Assembly (NCBI GenBank): GCA_027340875.1
Contig: DAIENX010000007.1
Location: 101,143 to 165,142 of the forward strand
Length of the DNA stretch: 64,000 nt
Source: Elusimicrobiota bacterium
GTDB taxonomy: Bacteria > Elusimicrobiota > Elusimicrobia > Elusimicrobiales > UBA9959
Direction: 5' to 3'
Part shown: piece by piece, positions 55,313 through 64,000 of the stretch
How the letters are laid out: each line of letters begins with the position of its first letter
Numbering within the stretch: the stretch's first letter is position 1
The notes under the pieces: model-generated
Databases searched by the model: none
What the model was told of the DNA's origin: nothing
Seen by the model: the letters and a program-made list of their open reading frames with translations, nothing else
Program-made: the position numbers and the translations under genes

Positions 55313-57878
55313 GCCGCTTCTTCCAGTCGCTTATCACGGAGAGAGCCTGCAGCGGCGTCATGTTGTCGGCGTCGCACATCTTCAGCTCGTCGAGCACCGG
55401 ATGGCCGGAGAAGATTGGCAGCAGCGGCGTCTGGTTCTCGTCCCTGGACTCCACCTGGATGTTCCCCTTCGTCTCCAGCGCGCGCAGGATCTCCCTGGCG
55501 CGCGCTATCGCGCTCTCCGGCAGGCCGGCCAGCTGGGCCACGTGGATGCCGTAGGACTTGTCGGCGGGTCCGTTCGAGATCTTATGCAGGAAGACGACCT
55601 CGGTCTTGCCGAGGGCGTTGGTCCATTCCTTCACGGCGATGTTGCAGTTCTTGATGCCGGCGAACTTCTCGGCCAGCTCGGTCAGCTCGAAATAATGGGT
55701 GGCGAACAGCACCTTGGGGCCGCCCTCCGGCTTGTAGAGGTGCTCCACCACCGCCCAGGCTATCGAGATGCCGTCGAACGTGGAGGTGCCGCGGCCGACC
55801 TCGTCGAGAAGTATCAGGCTCTTCGGGGTGGCCAGGCGCATGATGGCCGAGGTCTCGCGCATCTCCACCATGAACGTGGATTCGCCGCGCGCCATGCGGT
55901 CCTGCGCGCCTATCCGGGTCATGATGCGGTCCACCACGCCTATCTCGGCGGCGCGGGCCGGCACGAAAGAGCCGATCTGCGCCATGATCACCGCCACGGC
56001 GGCCTGGCGCAGGTAGACGCTCTTGCCGCTCATGTTGGGCCCGGTCAGTATGATCACGCGGGCGTCGGAATTCCCTATCTCCAGGTCGTTCGGGACGAAG
56101 GTCCCCGCGGGCAGGAAGCGCTCTACCGCCGGGTGGCGCCCCTCCTCTATCCTGAGGACGTCGCCGGAATTCACCCTGGGGCGGGAGAACTCGTAGCGCA
56201 CCGCGCTCTCGGCCAGCGCGTAGAAGACGTCCAGCTCTGCCGCGCCGTTGGCGAAGGTCTTCAGCTCGCCGAGAGAGGCCTTCACCTTTTCCCGCAGGGC
56301 GCAGAAGAGATGCGTCTCCAGCTTGGACATCTTCTCCTCGGCGCCGAGGATCTTGTTCTCGAGGGTCTTCAGGTCCTCGGTTATGTAGCGCTCGGCGTTG
56401 ACCAGCGTCTGCTTGCGCACGAAATAATGGGGTACCTTCTGCGACTGCGCCTTGGAGACCTCGATGTAGTAGCCGAAGACGCTGTTGTAGCCCACTTTCA
56501 GGGTGGGGATGCCTGTCTTCTCCTTCTCCCTCAGCTCGATGTCGGTCAGCAGTTTCTGGCTGTCGCGGCGGACCAGGCGCAGCTCGTCGAGATCGTCGCT
56601 GTAGGCCTCGCGTATGACTCCGCCGTCGGACAGCCGCGCGGGCGGGTTCTCCGCCAGCGCGCGCTCGAGCTCCGCCCGCAGGCCGTTAAGCGCGTGAGAG
56701 GCGGCGTCCAGGCGCGCGGCCAGTTCCGGAGCGCGCTCGAAGAAGCCGGCGGAGCTGAGCAGCAGCTTCAGGCGCGGCAGCTGCGTAAGGGCCTTGCGCA
56801 CGGCGCCGAGGTCGCGCGGGGAGGCGGAAAGGTTTATCACCCGGCCAAGCAGGCGCTCGACGTCGGGCACCTGGGAGAGGATGTCGCCCAGCTGCTCGCG
56901 CGCCTCGCGGTTCTCGGCCAGGAAGGCGGTGAAGTCCTGGCGGGAATGTATCTCGCGCAGGTCCGTCAGCGGCTCCAGCAGCCAGCGGCGCAGCATCCGC
57001 GAGCCCATCGAAGTGCGGCACAGGTCCAGCACGCCCCAGAGCGTCTTGGAGTCGTCGCCGTCGGGAGAGGAGACAAGCTCCAGCGTCTTGATCGCGGACT
57101 CGTCGAGCTGCAGGCGGTTGGACGGCTCGTGGTAGGAAGGCGCGAACACCTCCTTCAGGCCCGGCTGGGTCTGGCGCACGTAGGAGACGGCCCGCAGGGC
57201 GGTCTGCATGGCCAGCTTGTGGTTCTGCCACACCGGCTGCGAGGCCCAGTCAGGAGTATGGGCGTCCTCGCCGTGGTACTCGGTCAGCGGCACGGAACCG
57301 AAGTCCAGCCCCCGCCTCCTTATCTCCTTGATAGTCTTCGGGCCGGCTATTATCTCGGCCGGAGCTGTCTTGGAGACGTACGAGAGCAGCTGGTACAGGT
57401 CCGGGTCGTTGAGGTTCTGCGTGGCCAGGAAATCCCCGGTGGAGGCGTCGAAGGACGCGAGGCCCCAGCCGACGATGTCCAGCTCCAGCGCCACCAGGTA
57501 GCGGCTGGTCCTCGGCTGCAGCAATTCGTCCTCCACCACGGTCCCCGGGGTTATCAGGCGCACGACCTCGCGCTTGAACAGCTTGGTCTTCTTCGCGTCG
57601 CCGGAGGGGGCGACCTGCTCGCAGATGGCCACCTTGTGGCCGGCCGCCAGCAGGCGGGCGATATAGTTGGTGGCCGAATGGTGCGGCACGCCGCACATCG
57701 GCACGCTCTGCCGGGCGGTGAGCGTCAGGCCCAGCTCGGAGCTGGCGGCCTTGGCATCGTCGAAGAAGAGCTCGTAGAAATCTCCCAGCCTGAAGAACAG
57801 CAGCGCGTGGGGATAGGACTTCTTCAGCGCCTGGTACTGCTGCATCAGCGGGGTTTCGGGTGTTTCAACCTGTGTCAT
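55302..57878 (-). CDS. mutS: DNA mismatch repair protein MutS
   Basis: TPLMQQY, GDFYELF, GPNMSGKS, STFMVEM, LDEVGRGTS, SYGIHVAQLAG. Confidence 0.97.
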   Translation of the reverse strand: MTQVETPETPLMQQYQALKKSYPHALLFFRLGDFYELFFDDAKAASSELGLTLTARQSVPMCGVPHHSATNYIARLLAAGHKVAICEQVAPSGDAKKTKLFKREVVRLITPGTVVEDELLQPRTSRYLVALELDIVGWGLASFDASTGDFLATQNLNDPDLYQLLSYVSKTAPAEIIAGPKTIKEIRRRGLDFGSVPLTEYHGEDAHTPDWASQPVWQNHKLAMQTALRAVSYVRQTQPGLKEVFAPSYHEPSNRLQLDESAIKTLELVSSPDGDDSKTLWGVLDLCRTSMGSRMLRRWLLEPLTDLREIHSRQDFTAFLAENREAREQLGDILSQVPDVERLLGRVINLSASPRDLGAVRKALTQLPRLKLLLSSAGFFERAPELAARLDAASHALNGLRAELERALAENPPARLSDGGVIREAYSDDLDELRLVRRDSQKLLTDIELREKEKTGIPTLKVGYNSVFGYYIEVSKAQSQKVPHYFVRKQTLVNAERYITEDLKTLENKILGAEEKMSKLETHLFCALREKVKASLGELKTFANGAAELDVFYALAESAVRYEFSRPRVNSGDVLRIEEGRHPAVERFLPAGTFVPNDLEIGNSDARVIILTGPNMSGKSVYLRQAAVAVIMAQIGSFVPARAAEIGVVDRIMTRIGAQDRMARGESTFMVEMRETSAIMRLATPKSLILLDEVGRGTSTFDGISIAWAVVEHLYKPEGGPKVLFATHYFELTELAEKFAGIKNCNIAVKEWTNALGKTEVVFLHKISNGPADKSYGIHVAQLAGLPESAIARAREILRALETKGNIQVESRDENQTPLLPIFSGHPVLDELKMCDADNMTPLQALSVISDWKKRLKD

Positions 57879-57942
57879 ATGGTCAGATAAGGAGGCCCGG
57901 CCGCCGCGCGGCCGCCTGAAGATAAGCGCCGGGAACGGCGCG

Positions 57943-58920
57943 CTACTGCCGGGTATATTGTATCAAAAGCTCTTCGGCTTCTTTAAGTGTTTTGAGCTTC
58001 ATGAACGCGCCGCGGGCGCCGGCGGCGCCGGGCAGTCCCTTGAGCCAGTAGCCGACCAGTTTGCGGGCGCGCGCCAGGCCGTGTTCCTCGCCGTAGATGC
58101 CGGCGTTCAGCTCCAGGAAGCGCAGGAAGAGCTTGATGCGGTCGGCGTCCGACGGCGGAGGGGCGTCCCTGCCGGAAAGTCCGGCCGCTATCTCGGCGAA
58201 GACGGCGGGGTTGAAGACCGCGGCCCGGCCCACCGCCACTCCGGCGCAGCCGGCCTCGAGCATCGCGCGGGCCTGCGCGGCCCCCTCCACGCCGCCGTTG
58301 CCGAAAACAGGGACCTTCACCGCGGCCGCGGTAGCGGCCATGTGATCCAGATTGACCGGACCCGAGTGGAACTGCGAGGCCGGCCGGCCGTGCAGCGTTA
58401 TCGCCGAGGCCCCGGCCTCCTCGCAGGCGCGGGCGAGCAGCGGCCCCAGGTTGGCGCCTTCCTCCAGTCCGGTCCTGAACTTCACCGTGACCGGCACCTT
58501 CACGCTTTTCACCATGCGCGAGACGATGTCCGCCAACAGCATGGGCGCGCGCATCAGCTCGGCCCCCGCGCCGGAGCGGCGCACCTTCTTGACCGGGCAG
58601 CCGGCGTTCACGTCCACCATGTCGGCCCCGGCGCGTTCGGCGGCCTGGGCGGCCAGCGCCATCGAGGCCGGGTCGGCCCCGAAGATCTGTATCGCGGCAG
58701 GATGCTCCCCGGGGAGCAGCTCCAGCATTTTGAACGACTTCTTGTTGCCGTACTTGAGGCTTTCGGCCGAGACCATCTCGGTCACGACCAGGCCGGCCCC
58801 GCCGCCGGCGGCGAGGATGCGGAAGGCCGCGTTGGTTATGCCGGCCATAGGGGCCAGCGCCAGATTGTTGGATAATCGGACCGCGCCTATGCGCAGCGGA
58901 CGCAGGAGTCGCTCTGTCAC
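57943..58920 (-). CDS. dusB: tRNA-dihydrouridine synthase
   Basis: LAPMAGIT, NAGCP, TVKFR, LHGR, GNGG, VGRAA. Confidence 0.9.
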   Translation of the reverse strand: MTERLLRPLRIGAVRLSNNLALAPMAGITNAAFRILAAGGGAGLVVTEMVSAESLKYGNKKSFKMLELLPGEHPAAIQIFGADPASMALAAQAAERAGADMVDVNAGCPVKKVRRSGAGAELMRAPMLLADIVSRMVKSVKVPVTVKFRTGLEEGANLGPLLARACEEAGASAITLHGRPASQFHSGPVNLDHMAATAAAVKVPVFGNGGVEGAAQARAMLEAGCAGVAVGRAAVFNPAVFAEIAAGLSGRDAPPPSDADRIKLFLRFLELNAGIYGEEHGLARARKLVGYWLKGLPGAAGARGAFMKLKTLKEAEELLIQYTRQ

Positions 58921-59702
58921 GGGTTTACGGAATAACTGCCGTCATGGGCCAGGAAAAAATCCCTCGGGGCGCGGCGGAAGACCGGGTCGGTCTCGCTGCG
59001 CGGGGCGCCGGCCTTCCTCAGTACGTCGAGCTGGAACGAGAAGGCCTTGTCCTCCACGGCCAGCACGGAGTCCAGTGCCTTGTAGTCGAACACCATCGGA
59101 TTGGCCTCCACCTGCAGGTCGCTCTTCTGGCCCGGCGGCGGCACCTTGCCGCCCGTCTTCCTCCGGCGGCTCATCGCATAGGCGGCGTGCCAGGCCTGGT
59201 GGGCTATGATGCCCGCGCACCAGGTGACCGACCTGTAGGCCTGCGCGTCCGACATGGCCGCCACCGGCACGCCGTTCTCCATGTAGAAGCCGGTCTTGTT
59301 CTCGCTGCGGATCACGTAGAGGTTCCGCCTGATGAAAAGGAAGGTGTCGCGGTCCGAGCTCCAGATGAGCTTCAGGGCGTTGGTGACCTGGCGCTTGAAC
59401 TCCGCGGAGCCCTGTATGTCCAGTCCCGCGCGGGGGTCATAGGCGTCCGGTATGCGCGCGGCGGCCACGCCCTCCCCTTCAGCCTCCGCAGGGGCCGGGG
59501 AGGCCGGCGCCTCCGGGGTCGCGCCGGCGGCGGACGGAGCAGCCTGGCCGAAGATCTTGGCGCCGGCCGGCACCGACGCCGCCTCCTGGGCGGGCCGGCG
59601 CACCTGCACGAAATACCAGACCGCCCCGCCCAGCAGCAGCAACGGCAGCAGGGCCAGCACCTTGCGCGTCAGGAATAAGCTTTTGTGTTCGCCGTCGCTC
59701 AT
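58917..59702 (-). CDS. Single-TM hypothetical protein with HQxxH motif
   Basis: N-terminal TM helix, Pro/Ala linker, IIAHQAWHA..EDKA. Confidence 0.65.
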   Translation of the reverse strand: MSDGEHKSLFLTRKVLALLPLLLLGGAVWYFVQVRRPAQEAASVPAGAKIFGQAAPSAAGATPEAPASPAPAEAEGEGVAAARIPDAYDPRAGLDIQGSAEFKRQVTNALKLIWSSDRDTFLFIRRNLYVIRSENKTGFYMENGVPVAAMSDAQAYRSVTWCAGIIAHQAWHAAYAMSRRRKTGGKVPPPGQKSDLQVEANPMVFDYKALDSVLAVEDKAFSFQLDVLRKAGAPRSETDPVFRRAPRDFFLAHDGSYSVNP

Positions 59703-59772
59703 ACCGTGGCACCTAAAAGCGAGAAGCGAAAAGAGGCAGGCCCCTTTCCGCCCCGCGATCCGTCCGCAGCGC

Positions 59773-60174
59773 CTACTTCAGCGCTTTCAGATAGGATTTG
59801 TAGAAGGCCTGCAGTTCGCTGTCCGGGTCCTGGAACTCCAGGATGTGCTTCCTGCAGCCGCGGCGGGAGCAGATCTGCACCTGACCGCCGGCCTTCAGAT
59901 CGAAGGCGACCATCTGGGAACCGCACGCGTCGCATTTGCGGGTGCTCTTCAGGTCGGCATCGCAGTGGGGGCAGCGGAAGCCGGCCACCTTGCCGACCGG
60001 CATGTTAAGGGAGGTCTCGACCTGGTAGCTGCCATAGAGGGAGCTGAGGTAGAGGGGGGCATGCTTGCCGGCATAGGTAAGATTGACCTCGATGGCCTTG
60101 GCGTCGTCCAGCTTCTTGGACGCGCTCATGAGGGATTTGCCGCAATGCGGGCACTTTACGGATACGCTCAACAT
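59773..60174 (-). CDS. Cys-rich zinc-finger-like protein
   Basis: CPHC, CPHC, CDAC and CSRRGC..H; GGAGG RBS. Confidence 0.75.
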   Translation of the reverse strand: MLSVSVKCPHCGKSLMSASKKLDDAKAIEVNLTYAGKHAPLYLSSLYGSYQVETSLNMPVGKVAGFRCPHCDADLKSTRKCDACGSQMVAFDLKAGGQVQICSRRGCRKHILEFQDPDSELQAFYKSYLKALK

Positions 60175-60240
60175 AGGGACCTCCGGTACGGACCGTTCTT
60201 ACGGTCCTTTGACAGCCTCCTATGATATCAAATTCGCCGA

Positions 60241-62193
60241 TTATTCGTAACGGAGGGCTTCGATGGGCGAAAGCTCGGAGGCCTTCCTGGCCGGCCAGAA
60301 GCCGAAGACCACGCCCACCCCGGCCGAGAAGCCGAAAGCGAGCCCGACGGAGGCGGGGGAGATGTAGATGGCCCAGCCGGCCAGCTTGGAAAGTATCACG
60401 GACGCGCCGGCGCCCAACAGTATGCCTATGATGCCGCCGGTCACCGAGACTATGATGGCCTCTATCAGGAACTGCAGCAGGATTGCCTTTTTCGTCGCAC
60501 CGATGGCCTTGCGCAGGCCGATCTCGCGGGTGCGTTCGCTGACGCTGACCAGCATGATGTTCATGATGCCGATGCCGCCGACCACGAGCGAGATGCCGGC
60601 GATGAACCCGAGCAGCAGGCTGAAGGTCTTGACGGTGCCGCTGAGCATGGACTGCAGGTCGGCCATGTTCATGACCGAGACCGGGTCCTCCTTCCAGGCG
60701 GGGGTCCCCGTGCGCTTGCGCATCAGCTTCATGATGGCGTCCTGCACCTGCGGCATCAGTTTGTAGTCGGTTACCTCCACCCAGATGTTGTCCACGTACT
60801 GCTTGCCCAGCAGGATGCTCATCGCCGTGTTAAGCGGCACGAGGATAACGTCGTCCTGGTCGCGAAAACCGCCGGCGCCCTTCATCGGCAGCACGCCTAT
60901 CACGCTGAAGTTCTTGCGGTTGATCTTGATGGTCTTGCCCACCGGGTCCTCTGTCCCGAACAGGGTATTGGCCACCGTCTGGCCCACCAGGCAGACCCGC
61001 TTCAGCTCCCTATTCTCCTGCTCGGTGAAGAAACGTCCGTAATAGGCCTGCGAATTGCGCATCGAGGCGTAGATCGGCAGCGCGCCGGTGACCGTGGTCC
61101 TGGTATTCACCGCGTTGTAGACGGCCTGCACGCTGCCCTGCACGTTGCCGTCCACCTTGGTGACGTCCGGGACCTCTCGCTTTATGGCCTCGGCGTCGGC
61201 CATCGTCAGGCGGCTGACGGCTCCCCGGCCGAAAGAGGCCCCGCCGTGCTGCAGATTGCCGGGCATGATGCCCAGCAGGTTCGTGCCCAGCGAGGACATG
61301 CGCTCCTGGATGGACTTCTGCGCGCCGTACCCCACCGCGAGCATGGTTATCAGGGCCGAGACGCCGATGATGATGCCCAGCATCGTCAGCAAAGAGCGGG
61401 TCTTGTTGGTGATGATGGAACTGAGGGCCGACTTCAGGTTCTCCCTCGCCTCGCGCCAGCTGAAGAAGAACGAGGAAGAGGCCCGCAGGCGGCTCTGCTC
61501 GGCGCTCCTGACCGCCTGGGACCGCTTCTTGACGCGGTCCTCCACTACGAGCCCGTCCCTGATCTTTATGATCCGGTCGGCCCATTCCGCGATGTCTGGC
61601 TCGTGAGTGACCAGTATTACGGTGATGCCCTGCCCGTTGAGCTTGCGGAAGATTCCCATGATCTCTTCGGCCTGCGCGCTGGCGAGGTTGCCGGTGGGCT
61701 CGTCGGCGAAGATGATCTTGGGGTCGTTGACCATGGAGCGGGCTATGGCCACGCGCTGCTGCTGGCCGCCGGACAGCTCGTTGGGGCGGTGCATCATGCG
61801 GTCGGAAAGCCCCACGCCGGCAAGGTGCTTAGGGGCGTTGGAGAGGTCGGGGTCGATCCCCAGGTAGATCTGCGGCAGGGCCACGTTCTCCAACGCGGTT
61901 ATGCGCGACAGCAGATTGAACTGCTGGAAGACGAAGCCTATGATCCGGGCCCGCAGGTACGAGGTCTCGGCGTCGTCGAGCTCGGAGACCTCGCGGCCGA
62001 AGAGCCTGTAGGAGCCGGAGGCGGGCTTATCCAGCAGACCGAGGATGTGCATCAGCGTCGACTTGCCGGAGCCCGACGGTCCCATGATGGCGACGAATTC
62101 GCCTTCCTTTATGGACAGGTCCACGCCGCGCAGCACCTCCAGCGGCTCGCCGCCCATCTCGTAGACCTTTCTAATGCCCTTCAACTCGATCAT
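60241..62193 (-). CDS. macB: MacB-type ABC transporter, fused ATPase-permease
   Basis: [51 protein letters not shown]. Confidence 0.93.
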   Translation of the reverse strand: MIELKGIRKVYEMGGEPLEVLRGVDLSIKEGEFVAIMGPSGSGKSTLMHILGLLDKPASGSYRLFGREVSELDDAETSYLRARIIGFVFQQFNLLSRITALENVALPQIYLGIDPDLSNAPKHLAGVGLSDRMMHRPNELSGGQQQRVAIARSMVNDPKIIFADEPTGNLASAQAEEIMGIFRKLNGQGITVILVTHEPDIAEWADRIIKIRDGLVVEDRVKKRSQAVRSAEQSRLRASSSFFFSWREARENLKSALSSIITNKTRSLLTMLGIIIGVSALITMLAVGYGAQKSIQERMSSLGTNLLGIMPGNLQHGGASFGRGAVSRLTMADAEAIKREVPDVTKVDGNVQGSVQAVYNAVNTRTTVTGALPIYASMRNSQAYYGRFFTEQENRELKRVCLVGQTVANTLFGTEDPVGKTIKINRKNFSVIGVLPMKGAGGFRDQDDVILVPLNTAMSILLGKQYVDNIWVEVTDYKLMPQVQDAIMKLMRKRTGTPAWKEDPVSVMNMADLQSMLSGTVKTFSLLLGFIAGISLVVGGIGIMNIMLVSVSERTREIGLRKAIGATKKAILLQFLIEAIIVSVTGGIIGILLGAGASVILSKLAGWAIYISPASVGLAFGFSAGVGVVFGFWPARKASELSPIEALRYE

Positions 62194-62212
62194 AATGTCG
62201 GCCCGCGGGCTA

Positions 62213-63208
62213 TCAATGTCCGCGCACGGCCTGCCGCTGCTGGCGTGTCATATTGGGCCGGCCAGGCATCAGCGGGTTCCCGCCCTCGGCCTGCTGCGGC
62301 TTGTAGCCCCGCTGCTGGAAATAGACCTCGTCGCCGGCCTCCAGGCCGGAGGCGATCTCTATGCGGCCGCCGGACTCGGTGCCGGTCTCGACCCGCTGGT
62401 AGACCGGCTTGCCGTCCTTCAGAGCGGTGATGACCGCGGTGTTGCCGGAGGGGTCCACGGTAAGCGCCCGGGAGGGGATCATCACGGCGTGCTCGCGGCG
62501 CGAGACGACGATGCCTATGTTGGCCGTCATCTGCGACTTGAAGAAGGCCGGCACGCTGTCCGGGCGTATCTTCACGCCGTAGGTGATAACGTTGGAAACG
62601 TTCTTTCCCTCGTCCAGGATCTGGAAGACGCGGCCCGTGACGGGCCTGTCTGGGTAGGCGTCCAGGGTTATATTTGCGCGCTGCCCGACCTTCACCTTGC
62701 CGATGTCGGACTCGTCCACGCTGGCGGTGACTATCAGCTGGTCGGACATCGCGTAGAGCACCGTGGACGCGCCCACGGTCTGGCCCTCCACGACGTTCTT
62801 CAGGATTATGTTGCCTGCCAGCGGCGACATCACCTTTATCGGCTTGTAGGAATCCTGCCAATACCTGTACTGCTGGTCGCCCATCGAGCGGGCCGCGTCC
62901 AGGATGGCCACCCTGTCGGTGGAGCTCATCAGCGCCAGCACGTCGCCGGCTTTGACCGGATCCCCTTCGTCAACCAGCAGCTTCTCTATGCGGCCGGAGG
63001 AGGGGGGAGTTATCTCCACCCTGTTGAGCGGCTCGACCTGGCCGGTGGTCTCCACGGTCTCGCGGAGGGCCTGCTCGCTGGCCTGCATCGAGACGTACTT
63101 CACCTCGCCGGCGGACTTGCCGCGGGCAAATAACCACCAGCCCGCCGCGCCCGCCAGAGCCACGGCGATGGCGGCGTATATCTTAGCGTAGGATCTCTTT
63201 GCGGTCAT
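62213..63208 (-). CDS. macA: MacA-type periplasmic adaptor
   Basis: N-terminal anchor, SGRIEKLLVDEGD, VDESDIGKVKVGQ, SGLEAGD. Confidence 0.88.
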   Translation of the reverse strand: MTAKRSYAKIYAAIAVALAGAAGWWLFARGKSAGEVKYVSMQASEQALRETVETTGQVEPLNRVEITPPSSGRIEKLLVDEGDPVKAGDVLALMSSTDRVAILDAARSMGDQQYRYWQDSYKPIKVMSPLAGNIILKNVVEGQTVGASTVLYAMSDQLIVTASVDESDIGKVKVGQRANITLDAYPDRPVTGRVFQILDEGKNVSNVITYGVKIRPDSVPAFFKSQMTANIGIVVSRREHAVMIPSRALTVDPSGNTAVITALKDGKPVYQRVETGTESGGRIEIASGLEAGDEVYFQQRGYKPQQAEGGNPLMPGRPNMTRQQRQAVRGH

Positions 63209-63230
63209 TTTCTTTCTCCGTTAAGCGGCG

Positions 63231-64000
63231 TCACTCTCCCAGCCCTACCCCGAGCAGGTTCTCCACCCCTATCCAGGCGACGTTGGCGTTCTTCAGGTAA
63301 TTAAGCCGGTTGAGCTGCGAGTCCACCAGGCTCTGCTCTATGTTCTCCAGGTCTATGAAGCTGATCTGGCCGGCCTGGTAGTGTATCCTGGACTCTTCGT
63401 AGCGCTCATCGTTGGCCTTCAGCACGGCGTCTATGCTGCGGGCGCTGTCCGCGGCGTTCTGGTAGGAGTAATAGGAGCTGACTATGCTGTTCTCCAGGCG
63501 CTGCCTGGTGCTTCGCAGCGAATCCTCGCCGCTCTTCAGGGCCGACCTGGCCGCCTTGTTGTTGTCGGCGTAGTAGGTGGGCCCGTTCGAGAACAGCGGC
63601 AGGCTCAGGCTGAAGCCGAACGACCAGGAGCGGGTGCCGGGAAACTCCGAGTCGCCGGACCAGCTCACTCCCTGGCTGGCGCTCAGAGTGGGGAGAGCGT
63701 CGAACTTCGCGGAAAGGGAGCGCTCCTTAAGTATCTCGAGGCTCTTCTTCTGCGACGCTATCTGCGGTATCTGCTCTATCCTGGCCCTGATGCCGGACAG
63801 CTCCAGCTTCTCGTCCGGCAGCGCCAGGTCGTCCTTGGCCGTCAGCGGCACGTAGTCGGCGCTGCCCATGGCGTTGAGCAGGTCGCGGCGGGCGGAGTCC
63901 ACCGAGCGCTCCGCCCTGGCTATGTCGGATTTGGCCTGGGCGGCCAGCGCCGCGGAGTACAGCATGTTTCCGCGCGACTCCATGCCGCTGGCGTACTTCA
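63231..64000 (-). CDS. TolC family outer-membrane protein (5'-truncated by window)
   Basis: LSLPLF and YQAGQISFIDL; upstream of macAB. Confidence 0.85.
   Translation of the reverse strand, partial: KYASGMESRGNMLYSAALAAQAKSDIARAERSVDSARRDLLNAMGSADYVPLTAKDDLALPDEKLELSGIRARIEQIPQIASQKKSLEILKERSLSAKFDALPTLSASQGVSWSGDSEFPGTRSWSFGFSLSLPLFSNGPTYYADNNKAARSALKSGEDSLRSTRQRLENSIVSSYYSYQNAADSARSIDAVLKANDERYEESRIHYQAGQISFIDLENIEQSLVDSQLNRLNYLKNANVAWIGVENLLGVGLGE

Noticed and set aside
1-64000. CRISPR arrays, tRNA/rRNA genes, transposases, defence systems
   Set aside because: No regularly spaced repeats, cloverleaf-like genes or matching protein motifs were seen by eye.

Overview
A high-GC, gene-dense bacterial chromosomal segment, probably near the replication origin (parA-parB with three parS-like palindromes). 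The gene mix and unusually frequent ATA (Ile) codons suggest an Elusimicrobiota-type diderm; this is an inference. Most genes are housekeeping: mtnP-cdd-accB-accC-hldE, glmS, asd, pyrC/D/F/E, mutS/mutL, dusB, MacAB-TolC and an RND-TolC pump. I found no rRNA, tRNA, CRISPR array, transposase or prophage. The best leads are: (1) adjacent serine palmitoyltransferase-like and bacterial ceramide synthase-like (GNAT) genes, suggesting sphingolipid synthesis in a cell that also has LPS genes; (2) two unrelated 170-215 nt intergenic elements that fold into long nested hairpins, one lying where the missing RND adaptor gene would be expected; (3) an unannotated 54-aa peptide ending CGTGGCCCGN at the end of that efflux operon; (4) a recurring -10 box 6-7 nt before ATG, implying leaderless mRNAs; (5) a variant parS consensus; (6) an AccB lacking the AMKM motif; (7) a long-form GlmS with two large inserts; (8) a secreted protein with five tandem repeats; and (9) several candidate operator motifs.
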